Made by a program: the position numbers and the translations under genes. Shown here piece after piece: positions 11,662 through 26,603 of a stretch of DNA of 64,000 nucleotides (its first letter is position 1; each line of letters starts with the position of its first letter). The notes under the pieces were generated by a model, which did no database searches, was not told where the DNA came from, and worked only from the letters and a program-made list of their open reading frames with translations. The DNA is from Octopus sinensis (lineage: Eukaryota): positions 42,532,001 to 42,596,000 of the forward strand of contig NC_043015.1 of assembly GCF_006345805.1 (NCBI RefSeq), written 5' to 3'.

Positions 11662-13048
11662 ATAATATATATATATATAGCAAATAGTGAGTGATTATCA
11701 ATCTGGGCAAAATACTTCATAAGCTCTCTGTTGGCACACCTGGTTAGCAATATTACTTAGATTACTGAAGAACTCCAGGTAATCTTTTAGTAGGGTACAG
11801 GTAGGTGGTGAGCTGGCAGAATCGTTATCACTCCAGACAAAATGCTTAGCAGTTGTTTCGCCCGTCTTCACCTTCTAAGTTTAAACGGAATGCCTAAATA
11901 AGTACCAGTTGTGCACTGAGGGTCGAAGTAATCGACCTGGCCACTCCCTCAAAACTTCAGGTTATATTTTCTCTCTTTGGCAGATTTTCTTTAATTAACG
12001 ATTCAGAAGATAAAAGAAAGACCAAAAAAAAAAAAATTATTATTTTTTTATTCTTTGCTTATTCAATTTCTGCTTTAAAATAATACCTAACACCTGTTAA
12101 TTGCGCTTTAATTGCTTCCTGTTTTTTAACAGGTAATTTTTCAAATAGCTTTGCTATATTTCTTTTTCTTTCACAGACACTTTTTTTTTCTTACATTCAA
12201 CGTTTTTTTTTTTTCGTAATGTATAATAAAAGATGCATTTTGGGTTAATTTCCGTTGACCTGTTTTACTTTTAAAATTAAAATAACTATTATTTGTTTCT
12301 CTGCGTGTGTTCGCTCTTGATTGGCCCATGGACACTTAGGATTTTTTGTTCTGAGTGGACGAATAGCTTTTTGAATTTGCTACCCTTGAAATATATATAT
12401 ATATGAAAGAAAAAAAGGTTTTCAGAATGCTGGATGGTTGTAAAAATATATATTTATTTATATATCACATATTATTTCTTCATATTAGCGCTTTCAACTA
12501 CTCCTGTAGGTTCATCACACACACACACACACATATATATATAGGTAAATGTAAAAAAACACAAACTGGGACAAGAACGCAAAATATTTAGAAGACGATA
12601 CAAAAAAAACGGACGGGACATTCGAAGCCTTCGATCTTCTCGGCTGATTAATCTTGAGATTGCTCCGATCTGGCCAGCCCCAAAGGAAAATCTAAGCCAA
12701 GCGCATTAGATTCCTTGGAAGAAAGCCTCGAATGTATACAAAACAAGGACAAGAATAAGAATACAAAAATACGTAAAATTAATAATGATAACACGAATGC
12801 TGAAGATGGCAACGCCAATTGTAAATTAAAATTATTTAATTTTATTTACAAAAGATTGCCAAAATTATGCATAGTCCAAGAAAGACAGGGAAAACGTTTA
12901 TATTTCTCTTTCCCTTTCAGAATTACAACTATTAGTGGTTTGGAGTTTAACTGCTCTTTCTAGTGAGTCAGCTGTCCTATTATGGCCATCTCTTATGTGT
13001 TTAAATATATATATATATATATTTTATCTTCCAAAAAAATATATATAT

Positions 13049-13321
13049 GGAGGCGCAATGGCCCAGTGGTTAGAGCAGCGGACTCGCGGTCGCAGGATCG
13101 CGGTTTCGATTCCCGGACCGGGCGTTGTGAGTGTTTATTGAGCGAAAACATCTAAAAGCTACACAACGCCCCGGCAGGGGGTGGTGATCCCTGCTGTACT
13201 CTTTCTTCTGTTGGCTTGCTCGCTTAGCCAGCGGGGTGGCGTTATTCGAAGGCTAAAACAATGCAAAGCGCATTGTGACCAGCGATGTGTAACAACATCT
13301 GATGGTCTGATCGGTCACGTG

Positions 13322-13322
<1 letters not shown>
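13049..13322 (+). mobile_element. tRNA-derived SINE, family E
   Basis: Head GGCGCAATGGCCCAGTGGTTAGAGC (A box) and GTTTCGATTCC (B box); head related to the element at 30802-31112. Confidence 0.75.
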
Positions 13323-13361
<39 letters not shown>

Positions 13362-13682
13362 TCCTACATTTGTAGCTATCCCTGATTGGATATTTTATAA
13401 TGTAATTTTCTACAAATACGCTAAGGATGGTGTAGATTCAAATTATATCAAATTATGTGAAAAAAAAAGAAAAAATTCTGAAGGTGTGGTCAGGAGTGTA
13501 TGCAAAATTCACACGTAACGGCTTTCTCTACCCATAACTTTCTGAAAAATGGGTAATTTTACCATTTTTTTTTCACGAAATTTTCTATTGATATCTTTCA
13601 GAGTGTAGATTACGATTATATTGAAATTTTATATGATGAAAAAAAATTATTTTAATGGTGGGCTCGTGCACATACATACTAA

Positions 13683-14400
13683 TATAGGGCACTGCTAATG
13701 GGATTATAAGTGGCGAACCTTTGGTTAGGAACTTCACTGCGGCGAGCGAGCGAATGAGCTGGTCCGCAGTGAGAACGGACTTCCGATTGGGCGGGAAAGA
13801 AGCCTCTGGTATTTAAGAGGGTCCGTCTTATTCGCTCCCATGATGTGTAGCTGATTGGAGTGAAATAAGCAATATCTCGACACAGTCTTGTTCCGGATTG
13901 TTTTTTTATGTATGGCTTGTTCAAGCTGTCATTACTGGTGAACCCCCCCCCCCCGAAGTACAGAACTCAAATATGGCGAGCGACCACTGCACGACCGCAC
14001 CGAAGCTATCACTGAAGCGGGCCCAAGTATGGTCCCCACAGATTGAAGCACGGATTCACCATGCTGCAGAGAGTCACCTCGGACCTGACGAAGTATTCCT
14101 ATGTAACAGCGGTACCCTTTGAGGACACAGCAACAAGGGGCAACAGACATCCTGAACCCGACCGTTTTGCCATTCGCGAATACGCCATTTTGAAATACAG
14201 ACTCTGGCTTCGTGGTCAGGATGGAGGATGCGGAAGAATTTGGCGATTCCTAAGCCTCCGAGCTTATGGATAGGACGCTGGCATTAATGCTGCACCACGG
14301 TGAGTTAACTTCTGTTCTTATTTAGGGAGGTATTCCTTCGGGAATGGCCACCCCCAGGTTCATGCCCTCGTAACTCAAACCGCGTTCAAGGACCCGGGGC
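13683..14400 (+). mobile_element. degenerate 5' end of a Ty3/gypsy-like LTR retrotransposon (LTR remnant, PBS-like site, gag N-terminus)
   Basis: ...TGTCA|TTACTGGTGAACCCC PBS-like junction at about 13930. Then frameshifted LSLKRAQVWSPQIEA... and QRVTSDLTKYSYVTAV..., resembling the gag start LKLPPFW...ITSxxTKYxYVVAAL. Confidence 0.45.
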
Positions 14401-15074
14401 AGTTTAGCGAAAGGGGCCGAAAAGCAATTTTTGGTCGATGGGGAACAAAACCATCAAATTTCTTTATTACCTACAAGGGGCCAACATAGAGGGGGACAAA
14501 ACCATTCAACTCGTCAACTGCAACACTTTGCACACTTGCCACACCCTCCTCGGTTAGCAGTCGTCTCTCTTAGACCGAGAATAAATTTTTCAGGCGGACC
14601 CTGGCGCACAGTCACCCCCCCCCGCGTCCCGAAACCGACCTCTTTTTACTCTTTTACTTGTTTTAGTCATTTGACCTGCGGCCATGCTGGAGCACCGCCT
14701 TTCAGTCGAGCAAATCGAACCCAGGACTTATTCTTTGTAAGCCTAGTACTTATGCCGAACCACTAAGTTTCGGGGGACGTAAACACACCAGCATCGGTTG
14801 TCAAGCGATATTGGGAGGGAGGGACAAACAGACACCCAAACATACACACACACACACACACATATATATATGTATACTCTTTTACTGGTTTCAGTCATTT
14901 GACCGTGGCCATGCTGGAGCACCGCCTTTCAGTCGAGCAAATCGACCCTCAGGACTTATTCTTTGTAAGCCCAGTATTTATTCTATCGGTTCTCTTTTGC
15001 CGAACCGCTAAGTTACGGGGACGCAAACACCACCAGCGTCTGTTATCAAGCGTTCTTGGGAGGGGGGGGACAAA

Positions 15075-15110
<36 letters not shown>

Positions 15111-16147
15111 CATACAAATCAAAGAAAACGGGTTTTTTATATTTCGAACCAAGTAAATAATTTTTTTTTAAAATAATTTATTTAGTTTAAAAAATTATTT
15201 ACTTGGTTCGAAAAATATTATTTAATTTGTATAAAAAAAATTATATACATCGTTTAAAAAAAAAAAAAAAAAAACATTTTCTTTGATATGTATTCAGCGT
15301 TGAAATACAAACATGTATCATTTGCGCATACGCACAATTCGTTGTAGGATCGACTAATTACGACTAGCTAGCGCGAGTGCGCGCACCGGGACCACTGTTC
15401 GCTAGTAGTACCGTCAAGCACACACACACACACACACATATATACGACGGACTTCTTTCAGTTTCCGTCTACCAAATCTTCTCACAAGGCATTGGTCGGC
15501 CTGGGACTATAGTAGAAGACAACTTGCCCAAGGTAGTTGGTTAGCAAACTATTTACCACACAGCCACTCCTGCACCTTTTTTTTTTTTTCTTGTTGAAAA
15601 ATGAAATTTTACAAATAATGTTCTTTTCAGAAAATTATTCTTCATATTTTTCTACGTATTTCGCAAAAAAAAAAAATAAATAAAATTTCGGAAAGAGTGA
15701 AAAATGAAGGGATGGGGTGGGGGTGGGGGGGGGGGAATTGAAATTTTGAAAATGCGATTTTTGAATTTTGAATTTTTTTTTCAAAATCGGATCCTTCATA
15801 AACAAAAACCTGGGATTCCATAAAAAAAATTAATATATATCCATTTAAACCGAAGTTATGACGGAAAAATCGGATCTTGTGAATTTTCCGAAATTCCTCT
15901 CCTCAACCCCAGAGTCGTCAGCGCGCTTTTTTTTTTTTTCATATTTGTTTTCCACACACTTGTTAACACCCCCCCCCCACCTCGGGCTGGTTAATTTTTT
16001 GGGGGGTTCACGGGTGAAGGTCTTTATATTGACCGGAACCCACCTCCGCCATTTGTTTTTTTTTTAGAAAATTTCATTAAAGAAATATCCATTTTTCTGG
16101 AAGTTACGTGGAAGGAAGGTCAGGAGCGGGGCACATTCCTAGGAATG

Positions 16148-16560
16148 TCTGTCTATCTATCTTTCTTTCCCTCTCTCTCTTTCTCTCTCTTTCTTTTTCT
16201 TTCTCTCTCTCTCTGTCTTTGTCTGTCTCTTTCTTTCTCTCTCTCTCTGTCTGTCTGTCTCTTTCTTTCTCTCTCTCTCTTTCTTTTTCTCTCTCAGTCT
16301 GTCTCTTTATTTCTCTCTCTGTCTGTCTCTTTCTTTTTCTCTCTGTCTGTCTGTCTCTTTCTCTCTCTCTCTGTCTGTCTCTTTCTTTCTCTCTGTCTCT
16401 GTCTGTCTCTTTCTCTCTCTCTCTCTATCTTTTTCTCTGTCTATCTGTCTCTTTCTCTCTCTCTGCCTGTTTCTTTCTCCCTCTCTCTGTCTGTCTCTTT
16501 CTTTCTCTCTCTCTATCTTTCTTATTCTCTGTCTGTCTGTCTCTCTCTCTTTCTCTATAT
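16148..16560. repeat. compound (TC)n/(TCTG)n microsatellite
   Basis: About 410 bp of almost pure pyrimidine dinucleotide and tetranucleotide repeats. Confidence 0.95.
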
Positions 16561-16887
16561 ATATATATATTTATTTATTTATTTATTCACATGACCGCGT
16601 TGTGTATCGTTGGCGATTTCCTTTCTCCCTATTCCCTTATTTGGACTTATTTCTATATTTCCCATGAAGTTCTCCACTTGAAACCTGAAATCCTCTTAAC
16701 TCTCCTTTCCTTTCCTGGGCGTCCAATAACAACACTCCACTCATTCCACTTCCTCGCGTTGTCCTGGTTTTTTTCCTTGCTTGTTCATGATTGCATTAAC
16801 TAAATATATATAAAATCGTGACACAAATACACTTAATGCAAAACCACAATTTGTTGTCCATTGTTACTTTTGTTTTAAAACTTTTTT

Positions 16888-17310
16888 GGCAATCTTTCGT
16901 CTCTAGTAGACCTTTCCGTCGATTTCCGTAAATTTTTTTTTTTTTTACATATGGGCTTGCGGGAACTTTTGAAGTAATGAGAGCGAAAGAGACTAAGAGA
17001 AAGCGATTGTATGACGAGGGAAGTTCTTTTGAAGTTACCGTGCATGGGAAGCATTGATGTATATGTGTGTGTGTGTGTGTGTTTGATGGGGTGTGGGAGA
17101 CAGACAGTATGTTGTGTAAGTGAAGTGCTTCTGTTAGTGTGTGTGAAGAGACAGAGTAATGTGTGAAAGAAAGAGATAACTGAAATTTTTTACTCAGTGT
17201 ATGTGTATATGTATGTATATTACTTCAAAAGTTCCCGCAAGCCCATTTGTAAAAAAAAAAAATTTTTTACGGAAATCGACGGAAAGGTCTACTAGAGACG
17301 AAAGATCGCC
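16888..17310. mobile_element. MITE with ~90 bp terminal inverted repeats
   Basis: GGCAATCTTTCGTCTCTAGTAGACCTTTCCGTCGATTTCCGTAAA... mirrors ...TTTACGGAAATCGACGGAAAGGTCTACTAGAGACGAAAGATCGCC. No clear TSD. Confidence 0.8.
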
Positions 17311-20300
17311 TTTTGTTTTGATATAAATTATATTTTCACGCGTGTGTGCTGAGTTAGTTACAATGAATCGGATTCAACTATCAGAACAGTAAGGAGTTTG
17401 GTCATTGTGTAAGGTAAAAATCTGGTGTCCAAGGAAACGTGTGTCGGTCTGTATAGGCAGTTCATTAGGATCAGGAAGAGAGAGAGAGAGAGACAGATAA
17501 ACAAAGGATGGTATTTTTTTTATTTGTTACACTCATTTGACTGCGGCCATGCTGGAGCATCCCCATAAAGGATTTTTTTTTTAGTCTAAAATTTCGATCC
17601 CAGGACTTAATCTTTGTAAGCCTTATACTTATTCTATCGGTCTTTTTTTTTTTTTTCTGAACTGCTAAGTTACGGGGACGTAAACACGCCAACACCGGTT
17701 GTCAAGTGATGATGGAGTGACAGATACAAAGACACGCCCACAGATATATACATATTTAGGTAGAACATATATTTAGTTTCTGTTTACCAAATCCACTCAC
17801 AAGGCTTTGGTTGGCCTGAGGCTATAAGTAGAAGACACTTGCTATGCAGTGGGACTGAACCTTGAACCATGTAGTTCTGGTTCAGTATTAAGTGTCAAAA
17901 GTGAAGCAATAATATCTATATTGTACTGATATAATAGTTTCCCTTTTATTCTTTCACATTTAATTCTAAATATAATATTGTTTCGCTTTTATTCTTTCAA
18001 ATTTAATTCTAATGTGATAATACTAAGATCATCTTATTTTACACATTTACTGCTCAGTTACTAGTATATAATTATCATAACAGTTGTAGTGTAGTTATAG
18101 TTATGTATTAACCCTTGAATTATGAATATATATGTATGTATATAGTTGCAAGGTAATTATAGTTAAATATTAATCCCTAGATTAACATTTAATACATGTG
18201 CTTAATCTATATAGATAAAATTCTTTGTCTCTCTGTAATCACAACAGAGACAAGGTAGGTATCTGATTGCCTTTTTTTTTACCAAACCTGATGTAGCTTT
18301 TGTATGTATATATATATATACATATATATATATATGTGTGTGTGTGTGTGTAAGTATATATATATATATATATATATATGTTCAACACAATTAAGCAAAA
18401 AAAAAGTGAATGTTAAAATAAAGATGATATATGCAGATATAATCAGTGTATGTGTGCCGGTGGGACGTAAAAAGCACCCACTACACTCACGGAGTGGTTG
18501 GCGTTAGGAAGGGCATCAAGCTGTAGAAACACTGCCAGATCAGACTGGAGCCTGGTGCAGCCTTCTGGCTTCCCAGATCCCCAGTCGAACCGTTCAACCC
18601 ATGCTAGCATGGAGAACGGACGTTAAGTGATGATGATGATATATATATATCATCATCATCGTTTAACGTCCATTTTCCGTGCTAGCACGGGTTGGACGGT
18701 TCGACCGGGGTCTGGGAAGCCAGGAGGCTGCACCAAGCTCCAGTCTGACCTGGCAGTGTTTCTATAGCTGGATGCCCTTCCTAACGCCAACCACTCCGTG
18801 AGTGTAGTGGGTGTTTTTTACATGCCACTGCCACAGGTGCCAGGGAGGCTGGCAGTGGCCACAATCAGTTGGTGCTTTTTGCGTGCCACTGGCACAGAAG
18901 CCAAACGCTGGCATCGGCCAAGACGGCGCTGGTGATTTACTTGTGTGCATGCGATAAACATCATTACATGACTGATGGTCTTCTGTAAACCATTTATCTT
19001 TTTCTGTCTTCAAAGCCCATAAAATAGCCTCCCATGCCAAATACGTGACTTTTGGCTTCGAGTTTGTGTGTACACACACACACACGATGGGATTCTTCCA
19101 GTTTCCATTAAATTCACTCACAAGGCCTCAGTTAGCCTGGGATTCCAAGGTACCACACAGTGGGACTGAACCCAAAACTCTGTGGTTAGGAAACAAACTT
19201 CTTCCTATAGTGTTTGTATAATAATAGTGAACCACAACACAAACTTATAACAGACGAGTGATGGTTCCTAAAAGTGGATTATTTACCCTGTTCTTTATAA
19301 ATCATGCCCTAAGTTTATTTGGCTAATTAAATTATTTACTGTTGTGGACTTAATTATAGCAATACAAACACATCAGTACTTGACTGCATATTTTAACCCA
19401 ATAACAACCGAAGGCAAAATTAACAGTAATAATGATAATTATGATGATGATGCTGATGATGATGATTGCTATAATCGTCACGAGTGTTGTAATAGTCATG
19501 AGGCCGTACACTTTAAGGAATGGTACATAGTGTAGATTATAACAATCCAGGTTTTTTTCTTTCTTTTAATTGACTTCAGCAGGATTTGGAACATAAGAGG
19601 ATATAACAACACAAAGGCATTTTCTTTGTCAGTTTACTAATGATCAGTTGAAATGGTTTCTAATTGAAGGGAACGGCTCAGTTGAAGATATTCTAAAATA
19701 ATTGCAAAAATAGCCACTATACTCAATCTTTTGGCATTCAGATTACTTCATTAAATATAATGCTTATTTATTCTCATTGTTTTGAATTAATAATGCATTA
19801 TCTTGTAGCTTTGAGATTTGGATAATGTGACTGTTTATTTCAAGAATGACATTGTAGGGCAGGTGTGAAAGGCTGTATCTGGTCAGTTTGAACTTAAAAC
19901 AGAATATTTGGGCTGGATATACTCAGTGTAAACGCTAAAGAGTTAACATGGACGCCATTGACAGGCAACACAACAGTTATTGTCCGAGATAAAATCTCTC
20001 ATTGACGTGTTGTTACAAAACACTTATATTGGAAGGAAACAAAGAATTGTCTTGGCACTTCAGTAACCACCACTGGGAGGATTTTTCATCCCTCTCTGTG
20101 CTTCTATAAGAGATTTTATCTCAGGTGAAAACCATAGCGACTTGCCTATCAATAGGGTATATATATATTAAGTAAGATACATAGAAAGCTGTTTTAATTT
20201 AATATGGCTTCACTTGTAATGCAGAGTGGTAGATATTCACAATGTCAGTGGATAAATTATTCACTGCTTCCTAGATAGAGATGACAGACTTTGTCTAGGC

Positions 20301-21838
20301 ATGTACACGATTGACAAGGCCCAGGAAGGTCAAAATGCATCCGGCTTTCTCACAGCTGGGTTAATCTTTCATCTTCCTCCAACAATACGGTGGCCCTCTG
20401 TTGGCTACAATGAGTTTTGTAGTTGATTCGATCAATGGAGTAGCCTGCTAGTGAGATTAACATGCAAGTGGTTGAGCACTCCAGAGACAGGTGCACTCTT
20501 AATATGGTTCTCAGGGAGAGTCAATGTGACACAGAATGCAACAAGGCTGGCCTTTTGAATAACAGATGCAACTCATTTTTGCCAGCTGAGTGGATTGGAG
20601 CAACGTGGCGTAAAGTGTCTTGCTCAAGGACACAATATGCCAGCAGGAATCACGCTCACGACCTGATAATCATGGGCCAAATACCCTAACCTAAGCCATG
20701 CACCTTCAGCTATATATATTGCGTTTTTTAACACAGCTTGTCTATAAGAAATTTTTATCTTGAATGAAAACCACAGTAATTTCTTGAGAAGGGGTAAAAT
20801 TGATTTTCAGTGACCCCAGTGTACATACATAAATACATATGTGTGTGTATATATACAAATGTGTATTTATGTACATATATATGAAAATGTGTATGTGTGT
20901 GTTGATATGTATGTATGTATTTATATATGCATATATACATATGTATGTATATATGGTGACAATTTACAAAAGACGAAGATGGGTGTGTAAACAACAAACT
21001 GATTTATTAGTTTAACGCTCAGGAAGTGATGGTCTTTTACGCTTTGAGCCTGCGCTCTTTGACAGAAAGGAACACAGAAATAAACGGAGAGAAAATAGAA
21101 AAGGTATAGTGGCTAGCGATCTATCATGGCAAATGCCGGATAGAGGGGGGTCACACAGGAGAGCTAGGAAGAAGGGGAGATAATAAAGTAGTGGTGATCC
21201 TAAAACAAAGGTGCACATGCTTGTGTGAGAGCATGTATGTGCATGTGTAAGGGGGCTGGTGACCTTGACGTGCGTGTGTGCATGTGTAAGTGCTGGGGGG
21301 TGTGGTCTGAGAGATGGGATGTATAGGGATGGTGGGGTAATGATGAAAGGAGAAGGTGGGTGGGAGGAAGAGAGGAGAGTTTGGCCCATGTGGCACAAAG
21401 GAGTGAAGTGAGATTAATCCCTGCTCACAGTGAAGACGGGAGTCTGGATGGCTCCTGTGCAAGACAATCCGAACACACCCACAGTCAGAATTTTCCACAT
21501 ATGTTGTAGATATATATGTATGTGTGTGTATGTATGTATTTATATATATATATACATATATATACTACTATTATAGGATGAAGTTTTTTTACAGAAAAAT
21601 AATTCCATCAAAAAATGTGGCAGCATATTAAAATACCTTTACGGTTAAACTTATAAATATATGCTCATAACAGACTTTTAAATCGTCAATTTCCACATAT
21701 TATTTACTCGCTACAGAAAACACGAAGAGCTGAAATTGAGGAAAGCCAGCCAATAGAATTTTTTTAAAAAGTCCGTTATTTCTATATTGAATCAATTTAG
21801 GGGAACAGTTCACACGTGCTAACGTTCCTGCCAGCTAT

Positions 21839-21887
<49 letters not shown>

Positions 21888-23841
21888 CGGAGAATTCACA
21901 AGAAAAACAAAGGATGAAGACAGGTGGTGGAGGCAACAAACAAATGTATTAATTTAACACTCAGGAAGTGCTTGTGTTTTAGAAGAGCGGTCGGGAGTGA
22001 CCAAGTGTGGCTACCATAGAGTGGTGGGAAAGGAGGGAAGGAGAAGATGACTGACTGATGAACAGCGGAATAGTAATGATGAAACAGGAGATGGATGAGA
22101 GACAGTGATAATGTTGAGTGAGGAAAGGAGGAGGTGGCAGGCTTTATGCATGAGGAGGCCAAGGGATATGGTGGTGGAAGAGGATATTTGTTGACTTAGG
22201 AGGAAGGGTGAGTATTCGGTGGAAGTGAGGGTGGAGAAGATAACATTATTAGTAGATGAAGGGTGAAATTATGGTCAGTAAGAAAAGTGGTATCGAGAAA
22301 GCTGTAGTTAGGGAGCTGTCCGGACTACCAAATCCTGTGATTTTGGTCTACTTTGGTACTGTTATTGACAGATACCAAGCAGCTGGAAATAGCAGTGACT
22401 GCTACACTAGCAATTATAAATAGGATTAGGGAGCCAAATCAGGCTCTGATGTCACCACATCATAGGAATCAACAGAGAACCATCTTCTTAACTTTATTTC
22501 TTCTCATATTTATGCATTATATTGTGGTTAATATACCTGTGCCAGTGACAAGTTAAAAGCACCATTCGAACGTGGCAGTTGCTAGTGCCGCCTGACTGGC
22601 ATCCGTGTTGGTGACACGTAAAAGCACCAACCGATTGTGGCCGTTTGCCAGCCTGCTCTGGCCCCTGCGCCGGTGGCACGTAAAAAGCACCCGCTACACT
22701 CACGGAGTGGTTGACGTTAGGAAGGGCATCCAGCTGTAGAAACACTGCCAGATCAGACTGGAGCCTGGTGCAGCCTCCTGGCTTCCCAGACCCCGGTCTA
22801 ACCATCCAACCCATGCTAGCCTGGAAAATGGACGTTAAACAATGATGACTATGATGTGGTTAATTAAAGTGCTGGACTAAATTCTGATTATTTTGTCACA
22901 GTAATTCATGTTACGGTCCGCTCACCAAACGAAACTGGTTCCTTGCCCTGCTAGGTGTAGCACTTGCATCTCCCTGAAAACACACCTTATTTTTTAAAAA
23001 TAATGAATGATGGACACATTTGATAATGTAATGCTCGATGCCTTGTATCTGAGGTAAAAAGAGAAAATAGAATACCTGGGGTCATAGGTTAACTCAATCA
23101 AGACAGGCCTAGGTTTAAATAACAATGACGTTGTTTGGAACACCAGTGTCTACTAACAATGCCAAAACAGAAAAAAAGGCACTAAAATGAAATATGGAAA
23201 TTTTGGGGGTTTTAATCAACATCATTAAAGTGATTATGATGAGGATTTCATTTGTTTAAAATATATATTATATATTTTTTAGTGTATGTATATATGTGTG
23301 CGTGTATGTTTGTGTGTCTGTGTTTGTCCCCCTAGCATTGCTTGACAACCGATGCTGGTGTGCTTATGTCCCCATAACTTAGCGGTTCGGCAAAAGAGAC
23401 CGATAGAATAAGTACTGGGCTTACAAAGAGTAAGTCCCGGGGTCGAGTTGCTCGACTAAAGGCGGTGCTTCAGCATGGCCACAGTCAACTGACTGAAACA
23501 AGTAAAAGAGTAAAGAGAGAGAGTAGTATCAACATTATTGTTGGACCTGTGGAAAATATAGTAAGCTATTTGTAGGTACTGGCTTCTGTCTGCAGAGCAC
23601 AATCATAGGATGGATGGGTGGATACACACACAAGCAAACAAACAATGGATGTCTTAAAAAACTATTCTGCACATACACTAACAGGTATACCAACAATTGA
23701 ACACACATCCATCATCAGCTGCCCTTCCGGATATTGCTATGGTTTCAACACCTGGGCTGTACCATTCAATCCGGCAAACACACATCCACAAACTGTGAGT
23801 GTTGCATTCAAATTTGTTTATATACCCCAAGGTACTTCTAA

Positions 23842-23886
<45 letters not shown>

Positions 23887-25773
23887 CATAGATGAGAATC
23901 AGATATATTCTGTATAGAAGAATACACGTGGTAGTGCTCAAGATGTTTAAACTTGAGTGGGTAGAGAGGTAAGATAAGCAAATCAGGCAGGTCAATATAC
24001 AAAGTACATTGATTAGATTGACCCCAGTGCGTAACTGGCACTTAATTTATCGGCTCCGAAAGGATGACCTCGGCAGATTTTGAACTCAGAACGTAACGGC
24101 AGACGAAATGCTGCTAAGCATTTTGCCCAGCGTGCTAACGTTTCATTTCAGTCCATCCTGAGATCAGTCTTCATTACATCACCCCAATCTCTCCTTGGTT
24201 TCCTTCTTCACCCTTCATATGCATCACATGTCCATACCAGTGCTGTTGTTTTTTTTTCCTCTTCTGCTCGTCCTCTCCAAGCAGGACAAATGTCTCTACC
24301 ATGCAGCATCACAGTTCATACACAAGTATCATGCAAGGCCAGTCGTCTCCAAAGAACAGAGATCATTACTTCTAGCGGTATAGTTTCAATCCCGGTTATT
24401 TACTCTGTGAAAATGTCACAAAGTCACTTGTATGTACAAGACAGTTTATTTAACTCTTTAGAGTTCAGATTATTCAATCACACATAATGCCTATTGTTTC
24501 CCATTGATTTGAATTAATCATGCATTATCTCATATCTTCAAGATCTTGATGGTGTAATTACTTAATGTAGAATAACATTGTAGGGTAGGTGTGAGAGCCT
24601 GGATGTGGTCAGTTTGAACATAAAACAGATTAGCTATTTTGGCCGGATAAGGCCGGTTTAAATACTAAAGGGTTAATCTCATGATGTTGTTTAGCCCCAG
24701 ATCCGATCTAACTCGAAATGGATTTACGATTAAAGGTTTTCCAGCTGTCACCATCCCGTCACTCATTACAGTTTTGTTTCAGTCATTTAACTGCGGCCAT
24801 GCTGGAGCACCGCCTTTAGTCGAGCAAATCGACCCCGGGGCTTATTCTTTGTAAGCCCAGTACTTATTCTATCGGTCTCTTTTGCCGAACCGCTAAGTGA
24901 CGGGGACGTAAACACACCAGCATCGGTTGTCAAGCGATGTTGGGGGGACAAACACAGACACACAAACATAGTCACACACACACATATATATATACATATA
25001 TATGATGGGCTTCTTTCAGTTTCCGTCTACCAAATCCACTCACAAGGCATTGGTTGGCCCGAGGCTGTAGGAGAAGACACTTATCCAAAGTGCCATGCAG
25101 TGGGACTGAACCCGAACCATGTGGTTGGTAAGCAAGCTACTTACCACACAGCCACTCCTGCGCCTATGACTACATTTTTAAAAATACCCTTCTCAGTTTT
25201 TAAAATCAATAAATTAACAGATTTGGTCGAGGTTTTTGAGGTCTTCCGTGTTGGTTCATGAGATAGATGTATGTGCACCATCATCACCATCATCATTTTA
25301 ACAACTGTTCCATGCTTGAATGGGGCTGGTCAGAGTTTAATGAGGTAGATATTCTATGGCTAATTGCCCTTTCTGTTGTCAATCCTCACCTGTTTTCAAG
25401 CAAGGTGATATTTCCTCGTTGGATAGACATGTTTTCACAGATTATTTGTCACACAATGTTAAGATGAAGAGACACACATACACATATGTATGATGGGCTT
25501 CTTTCAGTTTCTACCTACCAAATCCACTTACAAAGCTTTTTCTTTGATTGGGCCAGGATTACAGGAGGGGACATTTTCTGAAGGTGTCACACTGAGGGAT
25601 TGAACCTAAAACCATGTGGTTGGGAAGCAGGCTACTCACCATATGGCCACAGCTGCACCTATAATGTATTATGTATTGTAATAAAAGGAAACCAGACTAA
25701 TGTGGTTGATTGTGGAGATTAGAACCTCAGATAATACCATTAAAGACAGTAACTATTGAGTCTTTTGGTATGT

Positions 25774-25811
<38 letters not shown>

Positions 25812-26168
25812 CTTGTTTCAGTCATTTGACTGCAGCCATGCTGGAGCACCACTTTTAGTTGAACAAATTGATCCCAATACTTACGCTTTGTAAGCCTTGT
25901 ACTTGTTCTATCGGCCTCTTTTGCCAAACTGCTAATTACGAGGACATAAACACACCAACATTAGTTGTCAGGCGATGGGAGGCAACAAACACACACACAC
26001 ATATATATGATGGGCTTCTCTTAGTTTCCATCTACCAAACCCACTCACAAGGCTTTTGTTGGCCCAGGGCTATAGTAGAAGACACTTGCCCAAGGTGCCA
26101 TGCAGTGGGACTGAACCCAGAACAATGTGGTTCATAAGCAAGCTACTTACCACACAACCACTCCTATT

Positions 26169-26204
<36 letters not shown>

Positions 26205-26548
26205 TAATGTTTATTACCACTTCAACATGGCTGTTCTGTAGGAACCGACATTACTGCCATTTTTAACTCCAGGAGGACAGCTCCTGCTGGTTGTTGATGC
26301 AATTTGCACCTGATTTATATTGCAAGCAGGGAAGCAAAACCCCATCATCTTTGAGCAATGATGACAGAACCACCAGGCTGTCCTGTTTCGAGTCAATTGC
26401 CCTCTTTCTTAGTGATGGACAGCTGTCCTCTAGAGACAGCAGTAGTTCGCTCCAGCCAGCAGTATAGAGAAAACATAAGTGTCAACCACTCACTGATCTT
26501 GCAACAAGCACAGTAGGTGGCAATAAACATTACTTCGCAATAGGCTTG

Positions 26549-26603
<55 letters not shown>

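Noticed and set aside
12540-12830. Possible further hammerhead remnant on the minus strand
   Set aside because: The core reads GAGAAGA and GAAT; too degenerate to support.
13049-13125. tRNA gene candidates (also 30802-30880)
   Set aside because: A and B boxes are present but the cloverleaf is poor; they continue into SINE bodies, one with a TSD.
15150-16140. Unusual homopolymer-rich, scrambled-looking sequence
   Set aside because: Looks like degraded repeat sequence or low-accuracy consensus; no interpretable structure.
16108-16803. 231 aa and 149 aa Leu/Ser ORFs
   Set aside because: Translations of the TC microsatellite.
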